Positions 37,353 through 45,768 of a stretch of DNA of 64,000 bases are shown piece after piece. A program made the position numbers and the translations under genes. Location: positions 15,072 through 79,071 of the forward strand of contig DAOTVY010000045.1 in assembly GCA_034436115.1 (NCBI GenBank). Direction: 5' to 3'. The stretch is from Chloroflexia bacterium (GTDB lineage: Bacteria; Chloroflexota; Chloroflexia; DTKN01). Within the stretch, counting starts at the first letter, position 1, and each line of letters starts with the position of its first letter. A model generated the notes under the pieces. The model was not told the origin of the DNA, did no database searches, and was given only the letters and a program-made list of their open reading frames with translations.

Positions 37353-37459
37353 CGCTTCCTCCTCCGTTGGCTGGGAGCACCTGCGCACCTGGCGGCCATT
37401 ATACCCGATTTCCGCCGTTTGGCAACTCTCTACGGCAGAACGTGAAGGATCACACAATA

Positions 37460-37488
37460 TTGACAGCGCCGCCCAAACGCGCTATAAT
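37460..37488 (+). promoter_or_regulatory. Consensus promoter TTGACA-N17-TATAAT for the gntR operon
   Basis: Perfect hexamers with a 17-nt spacer, read directly. Lies in the divergent intergenic region between the crotonase operon and gntR. Confidence 0.55.
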
Positions 37489-37494
37489 GTAAAT

Positions 37495-37520
37495 ATGATA
37501 TATCGTATACAGTATATCAT
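37495..37520 (+). promoter_or_regulatory. AT-rich palindromic operator candidate ATGATATA-tcGTATACag-TATATCAT at about +1 of the gntR promoter
   Basis: 8-bp perfect inverted-repeat arms flank a GTATAC core, matching the GntR/FadR-type GT-N-AC operator logic. A 26-bp AT-rich island in a 67% GC genome. Confidence 0.5.
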
Positions 37521-37547
37521 ATCTGAGCCCTCCGGAGGCGTCTCTCC

Positions 37548-38216
37548 ATGGCCGATGGGTTGCCCCGTCTCGAACAACCGCCCTCGCTGAAGGACCGTGC
37601 CTACGACACCATCAAGCAAGCCATCCTGACCTTGCAACTGAAACCGGGCCAGCCCCTGGTGGAACACGAGCTCGCCCGTCAGCTCGGAATCAGCAAGACC
37701 CCAGTGCGCGATGCCCTACAGGAACTGGAGCGCGAAGGGTTCGTCACCCGCGTCCTGTTCAAAGGGACCTATGTCACCGAAGTGACGATGAAGGACTTGC
37801 GGGAGATCTTTCAGCTGCGTGCCGTCCTGGAAGGGCTCGCCGCCCGGCTCGCTGCTCCCCGCTTTACCCCACAGGAGCTGGACGAACTGGAACATCACCT
37901 CGCCCTCTCCGAAGAGGCTCTGGCCGCGGGCGACCGCGCTCGCTGCTCCCGCTTGGGCCAGACCCTCCACAACGCGATCATCGAAAAGGCGGACAACACC
38001 CGCCTGACCTTGATCATCCGCAACCTGGATGACCACGTCCAGCGCTTCCGCGCCCTCTCGGACCAGATCAGCGGCCGACTGAACAAATCGGTGCGCGAGC
38101 ACCGCCGCATCCTGCAGGCGCTACGGCGTTGCGACCCGGATGCGGCTGAGCAGGCGGTCCGGGATCACCTGTTCAGCGTGTTGGACGACCTGAGCGCTTC
38201 TTCGGAGGAGGAGTAG
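37548..38216 (+). CDS. GntR-family transcriptional regulator, FadR subfamily (winged HTH plus FCD domain)
   Basis: LKPGQPLVEHELARQLGISKTPVRDALQELEREGFV is the GntR HTH; the C-terminal FCD domain is all-helical. Confidence 0.8.
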   Translation: MADGLPRLEQPPSLKDRAYDTIKQAILTLQLKPGQPLVEHELARQLGISKTPVRDALQELEREGFVTRVLFKGTYVTEVTMKDLREIFQLRAVLEGLAARLAAPRFTPQELDELEHHLALSEEALAAGDRARCSRLGQTLHNAIIEKADNTRLTLIIRNLDDHVQRFRALSDQISGRLNKSVREHRRILQALRRCDPDAAEQAVRDHLFSVLDDLSASSEEE

Positions 38217-38217
38217 C

Positions 38218-39945
38218 ATGCGACTGACGGGAGGGCAGGTGGTCGTCGAGATGCTGCGCGCCCACCAGGTGCGTTACCTTTTCGGCGTGCCCGGGGAGAC
38301 CAGCCTGGCCTTCTACGATGCCCTCTGTACGGGCCAGGATGCCCCGAAACATATCCTGGCTCGGGACGAACGCAGCGCCGCCTATATGGCCGATGTCTAC
38401 GCTCGTATCTCCTATCGTCCAGGGGTATGCGAAGCACCGAGCGGTGCTGGAGCAACCTACCTGGCCTCTGGCCTGGCCGAACCGCACGCCTCCTCGATCC
38501 CGGTGGTTGCCCTGACTTCCGATACCCCATTGGCGCAGGAAGAGCGCAACGTGCTGACCGCGTTGGATCAGCCAGGCCTCTTTGGGTCCATCAGCAAGTG
38601 GCGGGCGCTGGTCAAGGAGGCGAGCCGTATCCCGGATGCCATGCGCACGGCCTTTCGCCTGGCGACGAGCGGCCGGCCCGGCGCCACCGTGGTCATCCTG
38701 CCCTCGGATGTGCTGGCGGCCTCCTGCGAAGACCCGGGGCTGACCGGCGATACGCGCTGCGCCGTATATCCTGCCTACCCCGTGCGGCCCGATCCCGAGG
38801 CTGTGGAACAGGCTGCCCAGCAGCTCGTGCGTGCCGAGCGGCCGGTCATCGTGGCCGGAGGCGGCGCGGTGAGCGCGCGCGCCTGGGCGCAGCTCACCGC
38901 CCTGGCAGAAGCGCTCCAGGCACCTGTGGGGACTTCCATCTGCGGCAAAGGGGCCATCGCGGAGGATCACCCCCTCGCCCTGGGGGTCGTGGGCGGAAAC
39001 GGGGCTCGCCCCTACGCGAACAACTTGCTCCGGCAAGCCGACCTGATCCTTTTCGTCGGGTGCAAGACCGACTCGGTGACGACCCTGGGATGGACCCTTC
39101 CTGCACGGGGCTCTCCCCCCTCCCTGATCCACCTGGATGTCGATCCAGCCGAGATCGGGCGGAACTACCCGACCACGGTTGGCCTGGTGGGCGACGCCCG
39201 GTTGGGGCTGGCCGACCTCCTCGCGGCGTTACCGCGCCGCTTTCGCGGCCGGCGGGAGTGGCTGGCCGGCCTGGAGCAAGAACGGCAGCGCTTCTGGGCT
39301 GACTTTGCCGCCCGGGCAGCTTCCACGGAGCGGCCGATCCGGCCCCAGCGCGTCATCGAATGCCTGACCCGCCTGCTTCCCCGGGACGCCATCCTGGTTG
39401 CCGATGCCGGAACGCCCACCCCGTTCAGCGCGGCGTATTACCCCTCGCCGGCCGGCCGGCATGTCGTGATTCCCCGCGGCTATGGCGGCCTGGGCTACGC
39501 GATCCCCGGCGTGGTGGGAGCCAAACTCGCCCGCCCCGAAGCCACCGTGGTGGGGCTGATGGGGGACGGCAGCTTCGGCATGAGCGCCGGGGAGCTGGAG
39601 ACCGTAGCCCGCCTCGGGCTCCCCGTGCTCATCGTCCAGTTCAACAACGCCTGCTTCGGTTGGATCAAGATCTCGCAATGCCTGGAATACGGCGGGCGAG
39701 CCTTCGGGGTCGACTTTTCCGCCGAAACAGACTATGCGGCGATCGCTCGCGGATTCGGATTGGCCGGGTTCCGGGTGGAAGACCCGGAGGAACTAGAGAA
39801 GGCACTGCGCGAAGCCTTGACTTGCGGCCGGCCGGCGTTCGTGGACGTCGTGACCGCGTGCGAGACCGTCGAGGTGCCGCCGGTAGAAAAGTGGCAGCGT
39901 GCCTGGGCCGGGCAAGAACCGGCCGAGCGTCTGCAGGAGGGATGA
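38218..39945 (+). CDS. Thiamine-pyrophosphate-dependent enzyme (acetolactate-synthase-like fold; substrate unknown)
   Basis: 575 aa. N-terminal Pyr domain (YLFGVPGE) and C-terminal TPP-binding motif (GDGSFGM...N). Starts 2 nt after the gntR stop. Confidence 0.75.
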   Translation: MRLTGGQVVVEMLRAHQVRYLFGVPGETSLAFYDALCTGQDAPKHILARDERSAAYMADVYARISYRPGVCEAPSGAGATYLASGLAEPHASSIPVVALTSDTPLAQEERNVLTALDQPGLFGSISKWRALVKEASRIPDAMRTAFRLATSGRPGATVVILPSDVLAASCEDPGLTGDTRCAVYPAYPVRPDPEAVEQAAQQLVRAERPVIVAGGGAVSARAWAQLTALAEALQAPVGTSICGKGAIAEDHPLALGVVGGNGARPYANNLLRQADLILFVGCKTDSVTTLGWTLPARGSPPSLIHLDVDPAEIGRNYPTTVGLVGDARLGLADLLAALPRRFRGRREWLAGLEQERQRFWADFAARAASTERPIRPQRVIECLTRLLPRDAILVADAGTPTPFSAAYYPSPAGRHVVIPRGYGGLGYAIPGVVGAKLARPEATVVGLMGDGSFGMSAGELETVARLGLPVLIVQFNNACFGWIKISQCLEYGGRAFGVDFSAETDYAAIARGFGLAGFRVEDPEELEKALREALTCGRPAFVDVVTACETVEVPPVEKWQRAWAGQEPAERLQEG

Positions 39946-39946
39946 A

Positions 39947-41227
39947 ATGCCCAGGGTCGTTGTCGTTGGAGGCGGGTGGGCTGGCTGCGCTGCGGCATTG
40001 GCCGCCCGTAAAGCGGGCGCCGAGGTGATCCTGATCGAGCGTACCGATTGCCTGCTCGGCACAGGATTGGTCGGTGGGATCATGCGCAACAACGGCCGCT
40101 TCACGGCCGCGGAGGAGATGATCGCCATGGGCGGAGGCGATCTTTTCCTCCTGGCAGACCATGTGGCCCGACACACGAACGTCGAGTTCCCCGGCCATAA
40201 GCACGCCACGCTGTACGATGTTGCCCTCATGGAGCCTACTGTCCGTCGCTACCTGATCGAGCAGGGCGTGCAGCTATGGATGATGGCGCGCGCCACCAAC
40301 GTGGAAAAGGCCGATGGGCGGCTCCAAGCCGTGGTGCTGGAATCCGGCGAACGGGTAGAAGGCGACGTCTTTGTCGAGGCGACGGGGACCGCGGGGCCGC
40401 AGGGAAACTGCCGCCGCTACGGGAACGGCTGCGCCATGTGCATCCTGCGCTGTCCGAGCTGGGGAGGCCGCGTCAGCATCGCCGCCTGCGCGGGCGTCCA
40501 GGAGATGATGGGCCGCCGCGCCGATGGTTCGATCGGCTCGATGAGCGGCTCGTGCAAGCTGCACAAGGACTCTGTCCACCCCGATCTGGTGGCCGAACTG
40601 AACCGTACCGGGGTTGCTATCGTTCCCATCCCCAAGGAGCTGGTACACGCGGAAAAACTGTCCATCAAGGCTTGCCAACAGTATGCCTTGCCCGAGTTCG
40701 CCGAAAACCTGGTACTCCTGGACACCGGACACGTGAAACTGATGACCTCTTTTTACCCCCTGGAGGAGTTGCGCCGCATCCCCGGCATGGAAAACGCGCG
40801 CTACGAGGATCCTTATGCCGGAGGCAAGGGCAACTCGATCCGCTACCTTGCGCTTTCGCCCCGCGACGACACGTTGCGCGTACAGGGGCTGGAAAACCTC
40901 TTCTGCGCTGGGGAAAAGGCCGGCCTGCTGGTGGGGCATACGGAAGCGATTGGCACCGGCACGCTGGCCGGACACAACGCGGTGCGCTACGCTCTGGGCC
41001 TTCCCTTGCTCACCCTGCCCCGGAGCACCGCGGTCGGAGATGCCATCGCTTTCGTCCGCGAGGAGATGCAGACGCCCGAAGGGATGACACGCAAGTATAC
41101 CTTCTCCGGCGCGGTCTACTTCGAGCGCATGAAACAACTCGGGTTGTATACCACGGACGTCGCCGCAATCCGCCAGCGGGTCGAGGCCGCTGGCTGCGCC
41201 GGGATCTTCGCCCGCCGGTTGCCCTGA
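39947..41227 (+). CDS. FAD-dependent oxidoreductase with Cys-rich motif
   Basis: MPRVVVVGGGWAGCAAAL (GxGxxG dinucleotide-binding fold). Cys cluster CRRYGNGCAMCILRC. AGGAGGG RBS. Starts 2 nt after the TPP-enzyme stop. Confidence 0.6.
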   Translation: MPRVVVVGGGWAGCAAALAARKAGAEVILIERTDCLLGTGLVGGIMRNNGRFTAAEEMIAMGGGDLFLLADHVARHTNVEFPGHKHATLYDVALMEPTVRRYLIEQGVQLWMMARATNVEKADGRLQAVVLESGERVEGDVFVEATGTAGPQGNCRRYGNGCAMCILRCPSWGGRVSIAACAGVQEMMGRRADGSIGSMSGSCKLHKDSVHPDLVAELNRTGVAIVPIPKELVHAEKLSIKACQQYALPEFAENLVLLDTGHVKLMTSFYPLEELRRIPGMENARYEDPYAGGKGNSIRYLALSPRDDTLRVQGLENLFCAGEKAGLLVGHTEAIGTGTLAGHNAVRYALGLPLLTLPRSTAVGDAIAFVREEMQTPEGMTRKYTFSGAVYFERMKQLGLYTTDVAAIRQRVEAAGCAGIFARRLP

Positions 41228-41365
41228 GCGGCCGGCGGGCGTGGTCGTTTTGGGGTCCGGACTGCCCATCTGGGCGCTCAGAGAAGGAGGTGCCTATCGA
41301 GGTCGGGCGACAAGAGATCTACCCCATAGGATGGCCGCGCTGAAACCGACAAGGAGGAGAATCCC

Positions 41366-42757
41366 ATGGGTGAAGCCGTACAGCTGACTGCTGCCCACTG
41401 GGTCTATGCGGCTTTCGTGATCCTGATCTTTGTCACGCTGGCCTTGCGGCGTGACACGGCGCTCGTCTGCGTCATCGGGGCCTTCATCCTCGGATGGATC
41501 ATCATGGGCAGTCCCATCGGAGGGCTCCAGGCCATCTTTAACGGCATGGTGCAGGCCGGCTCGGTGCTCCTCCCGGTGGTCTTTATCATCTCCATCGTCG
41601 TCGCCCTGGCCAAGGGATTGGAGCCGATGGGGACCCTCTACCTGATGGTGCGCCCCGCGGCCAAGCTGATGCGCACCCCGGCTCTGGCATTCTGGATCAC
41701 CGGGATCGTCATGTACGTCGCGGCCCTGTTCATCTGGCCTTCCCCCGCAACTGCCCTCGTGGGCGCGCTGCTCTTCCCTGCAGGCCTCGCGGTCGGCCTG
41801 CCTGCGATCTCGAGCGCGATGGCAATGAACCTCTTCGGCCACGGCGCTTGCCTCTCCACCGACCTGGTCATCCAAGGAGCCCCCCGTCTGACGGCGGAGG
41901 CATCCGGCCTTTCGGTGGCCGAGGTGATCCAGGCCAGCATCCCACTGAATATCGTTGCCAGCGTCGTCGCGCTGGCCCTGGCCTGGTTCCTGACCGTACG
42001 CAAGGATATCAAGGCCCATACCGTGACCGAGACCGAGTACCTGAAGTTCGAAAAGGAGCGCTCCAAGGCCGAGCAGCGCGTCTACTCCACGCCGGCCCGC
42101 GTAGCCGCCTGGGTGGTCCCTCTGGTCTTCTTGGTTGAGGTGATCATCCTGATCGTGCTCAAGATCCGCGGCGGAGATGCCACGGCCGTGCTGGGCGGTA
42201 CCTGCCTGGTGCTCCTCTCGATCTTTTCCCTGTGGGAGTACAAGCAGGAGGGGCTCGGGAAGATCACCGATAGCCTGCGCGAGGGCTTCATGTTCGGGAT
42301 GAAGGTCTTCTCCCCTGTGTTCATCGTTGCCGGCTTCTACCTGATGGGGGTCCCCGAGCACTGCACCGCGATCTTTGGCGATAAGGGCCGGCCGCTGATC
42401 ATCGAACTGATCAAGGCGCTCTCGAACGTGATCCCGATGAGCAAGGTGGTCGTCGCCCCGATGCACACCATCCTCTCGGGCATCACCGGACTGGACGGCT
42501 CCGGCTTTAACGATCTGCCGCTCATGGGAGCCCTGGCCGCCTCCTGGGGCCAGGCCCTGAAGATCAAGACTGCCTACCTGGCAGCCTTGGGCCAGATCTC
42601 GATGATCTGGGTGGGCGGCGGCGTGATCATCCCGTGGGCAGTCCTGCCGGTCTCGGCCATCACCGGAGTTCCGGCTATTGAACTCTGCCGCAAGAACTTC
42701 TGGCCATGCATCGCCGGCCTGGCCGCAGCGACCATCCTGGCCATCCTGCTGATGTAG
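41366..42757 (+). CDS. Polytopic membrane transporter (putative ion/organic anion permease; family uncertain)
   Basis: 463 aa, 10 or more predicted TM helices. GGAGAA RBS. Confidence 0.5.
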   Translation: MGEAVQLTAAHWVYAAFVILIFVTLALRRDTALVCVIGAFILGWIIMGSPIGGLQAIFNGMVQAGSVLLPVVFIISIVVALAKGLEPMGTLYLMVRPAAKLMRTPALAFWITGIVMYVAALFIWPSPATALVGALLFPAGLAVGLPAISSAMAMNLFGHGACLSTDLVIQGAPRLTAEASGLSVAEVIQASIPLNIVASVVALALAWFLTVRKDIKAHTVTETEYLKFEKERSKAEQRVYSTPARVAAWVVPLVFLVEVIILIVLKIRGGDATAVLGGTCLVLLSIFSLWEYKQEGLGKITDSLREGFMFGMKVFSPVFIVAGFYLMGVPEHCTAIFGDKGRPLIIELIKALSNVIPMSKVVVAPMHTILSGITGLDGSGFNDLPLMGALAASWGQALKIKTAYLAALGQISMIWVGGGVIIPWAVLPVSAITGVPAIELCRKNFWPCIAGLAAATILAILLM

Positions 42758-42825
42758 CGAGAAGAGGGTGGCCTGGCCCCTGGTTCAGGGGCCAGGCCAC
42801 CCTCAGATGGAGACGGGAGGGCACC

Positions 42826-43008
42826 ATGCCCCTGTTTGGGAAAAAGCGCAAAGAGCCCGAAAAGCCCCCCTCCGAAGAAGAGGCCTATGTGATCTGCCCT
42901 CACTGCTACCTCGACTTTACCGTGCGCCAGGTGCAGGAGGCCGGAGGCCAGTGCCCCTCCTGCAAGGGCAAGATCGACCTGGAGCGCGCGCCCAGGGCCA
43001 GGCTGTGA
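42826..43008 (+). CDS. Small zinc-ribbon protein (60 aa)
   Basis: CPHC...CPSC pairs. GGAGGG RBS. Its stop overlaps the GTG start of the downstream MFS gene (GTGA). Confidence 0.4.
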   Translation: MPLFGKKRKEPEKPPSEEEAYVICPHCYLDFTVRQVQEAGGQCPSCKGKIDLERAPRARL

Positions 43009-44429
43009 GGCGCATTCGGTTGCCCATACCGCACCCGAATCCCCCTGCGCCGGCATCGGGGCCGGTCCGCTCCGTTCACTGGGCCCCGCTGGCCGCAGTG
43101 CTGCTAGGAACGTTCCTGGGAACCGTTGCCAACAGCTCTTCGAACGTAGCCTTGCCGTCCGTGGCGGCACAGCTGGGAGAACCGCTCGAGCGGAGCGTTT
43201 GGGTGGTCTCCCTGTACCCGCTCACCTTTGCTGTCCTCCTCCCACTGGGCGGTTATCTGGTGGATCGGGTCGGCATCCGTTGCACGTACCTCCTGAGCGT
43301 GGGGCTGCTCACGCTGGGAGCTCTGGGCTGTTCCCTGGCCCCCTCGCTTCCCTGGCTACTCGCCTTCCGCATCCTTCAGGGAATCGGCGCCGCCCCGATC
43401 GTGCCTGTGGTCATGGCCGTGGCCGGGCGGTACATCCCGCGGGACTACCGCGGCCGCGCGACCGGCTACTGGGCGCTGGCCAACAGCGTGGGACACGCGG
43501 CCGGGCCACCCCTGAGCGGCGTCCTTACCCAATATGCGGGCTGGCGCGCCGTTTTCTTCCTGGGCGTCCCGTTGGGGATAGTGAGCATCTTCCTGGCGTG
43601 GCGCAAGCTTCCTCACGATGCTCCCGGACATCCCCGGCCTTTCGACCCGGCTGGATCCCTGGCCCTGATGGTCCTGGCGCTGGCGGGCCTGCTCGCCCTG
43701 CAGACGGGCGTGCGCGCCGGCGGCACGTCACCCGATACGCTCACCTACCTCGCCCTGGCAGCCACGGCTGCGGTCGTACTGGCGCTCGCCGAGCGGCGGG
43801 CCGCCTCGCCCGTCTTGGGCCGACATCTCCTTTCGAACATCCCCTTCGTGGCCTCGATGGCGGTGCTGGCCGCCCAATTCTTCTGCCTCTTCGGGCTTCA
43901 ATTGACGCTCCCTGTCTACCTCATCCAGGGAAGGGGCTGGGCAGCAAGCACCGCTGGCGCCTTGATCCTGCTCCTGCCACTGGCTACCGCGGTGGTTTCC
44001 CCGGCCGCCGGCCGCCTGGCCGACCGCTGGGGCGTCCGGCCGGTGTGTACTTGCGGCGTACTGCTTGCCAGCGCGTCCGTCTGCCTGTTCTTGTTCTGGC
44101 AAGGGTCTACCGCTTGGTGGACGTTCGGACTGGGGCTGATCGCTTTGGGTGCCGGTATGGGCCTGGCCCAGTCGCCCGCGGCCTCTAGTGTGGCCCTACT
44201 TGTCCCTCCCGAGGAACTGGGAGTCGCTACCGCCATCTTTCACATGGCGCGTTTCTTGAGCGGGAGCATCGGCAGCACTCTCTTCGGCCTCTGGATGGCC
44301 CGGGCCCCGACCCCTTCCACCGGCCTCCACCGCAGCGCCCTGGCCGCCCTCATCGTCTTCGGCGCCGCTTTCCTGGCTGCCCTCCAGACGCCCCGTCGGC
44401 CCCGAGGAAGCATAGACCCGCCGGTGTGA
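43005..44429 (+). CDS. MFS transporter
   Basis: 12-TM topology. LGGYLVDRVGIR and GRLADRWGVRP MFS loop motifs. The GTG start is inferred. Confidence 0.7.
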   Translation: MRRIRLPIPHPNPPAPASGPVRSVHWAPLAAVLLGTFLGTVANSSSNVALPSVAAQLGEPLERSVWVVSLYPLTFAVLLPLGGYLVDRVGIRCTYLLSVGLLTLGALGCSLAPSLPWLLAFRILQGIGAAPIVPVVMAVAGRYIPRDYRGRATGYWALANSVGHAAGPPLSGVLTQYAGWRAVFFLGVPLGIVSIFLAWRKLPHDAPGHPRPFDPAGSLALMVLALAGLLALQTGVRAGGTSPDTLTYLALAATAAVVLALAERRAASPVLGRHLLSNIPFVASMAVLAAQFFCLFGLQLTLPVYLIQGRGWAASTAGALILLLPLATAVVSPAAGRLADRWGVRPVCTCGVLLASASVCLFLFWQGSTAWWTFGLGLIALGAGMGLAQSPAASSVALLVPPEELGVATAIFHMARFLSGSIGSTLFGLWMARAPTPSTGLHRSALAALIVFGAAFLAALQTPRRPRGSIDPPV

Positions 44430-44526
44430 TATAATGGTTTTGTCTTCCGCCGGCGTGCGCCCTCAGCACTTGCGGACGCGTCACAACATCATCTTCCGGT
44501 CCGGTACCACACCAGGAGGTAAACGG

Positions 44527-45657
44527 ATGACTTCCCCAGGACGAAAGGACCAGGCAACCGCTCCGCCACCGCCCGCGCTGCCTCCCGACCCGGCCCACTG
44601 GTCGCTCGGTGACGAAGCGCAACGGGAAGCTCTCCTGCCCCTGCTGCTCCAGGAACTTGCTTCTTCCGTTCCCTCGCGTCGCGCCCGAGCAGCGGAACTC
44701 CTCGCCGAGGCCGGAGCGGATGAGGCCGTCCCGGCGCTGTACGAACTGCTGCGACGCGAGCGCGACCTGAGCGTCCGCTGCCAGGCACTCCGGGCGTTGC
44801 ACCATCTGGCTGGAACAGCGGAGGCGATCGAGGGCCCCTCTGCCGAGGAACTCGCTGCCTGGAAAGACGAGCTGCTTGCGGGCCTGGTGGAGCAACTGCA
44901 GAGCATCGCTCCGGCCCAGCGTTGGAGCGCGGCCGAAGGGCTTGGCCGCCTGGGCGACCCGCGCGCGGTCCCTGCCCTCGTGGGAGCCCTGCGTGATCCC
45001 CACGCCTTCGTGCGTTGGACGGCTATCCAGGCCCTGGGGGAAATTGGCGCCCCCGAGACGGTGGCCCTCCTCCTGCCGTTGCTGGAGGAACCAGACCCGC
45101 TCATCCGTCGAAGCGCGGTCGATGCGTTGGGCCGCTTCGATACGCCGGAATCCCGGGAGGCATTGCGCCGTGCTCTGCGCGACCCCGATCCCACAGTACG
45201 CCGCAACGCGATCGACGCCGTCGCCCGCCTCCAGGATACCGCGGCGGTCGATGCCCTCGTCCTGGCCCTCGACCCGCGAAACGGACTGTGGCTTCGCTAC
45301 AGCGCGGCGGAGGCCCTGGGCGTTGTGGGCAATCACCGGGCCGTCGCTCCGCTGATCGAGGCCGCCCAGGACCCCCAGGTGCTCATCCGCCGCGTCGCCG
45401 TGCGCTCTCTGGGCCTCCTGCACGACAGCCGGGCCATCCCAACCCTTGTCCGCGCACTCCGGGATCCCGATCCTCAGGTGCGCCTGCACGCGGCGGAGGG
45501 GTTGGGCCACATTGGGCACGAGGGGGTCGTCCCGCAGCTCAAGCAGCGGACAAACGACCGGAGCACTGTGTTCGGCCGGCGGGTCGGTGACGCCGCGCGC
45601 GAGGCCATCCTGTCCATCCGCGCACGCACCGCTTCCCAGAGCGAACCTGGGACCTGA
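44527..45657 (+). CDS. HEAT/PBS-lyase-type repeat protein
   Basis: About 10 tandem 31-aa repeats of the pattern R..A..ALG.IG...AVPALI..L.D.D..VR. AGGAGG RBS. Confidence 0.65.
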   Translation: MTSPGRKDQATAPPPPALPPDPAHWSLGDEAQREALLPLLLQELASSVPSRRARAAELLAEAGADEAVPALYELLRRERDLSVRCQALRALHHLAGTAEAIEGPSAEELAAWKDELLAGLVEQLQSIAPAQRWSAAEGLGRLGDPRAVPALVGALRDPHAFVRWTAIQALGEIGAPETVALLLPLLEEPDPLIRRSAVDALGRFDTPESREALRRALRDPDPTVRRNAIDAVARLQDTAAVDALVLALDPRNGLWLRYSAAEALGVVGNHRAVAPLIEAAQDPQVLIRRVAVRSLGLLHDSRAIPTLVRALRDPDPQVRLHAAEGLGHIGHEGVVPQLKQRTNDRSTVFGRRVGDAAREAILSIRARTASQSEPGT

Positions 45658-45768
45658 GGACACCGCTTCAGGTCGGAAGCCCTTCCCCCAAAAAGGCACC
45701 CAAGAAGGGGATACCGCTTGACAGCCCTTCCCCCAGGCCTGGGAAGGTGGCCCCAACCGCACACGCGC

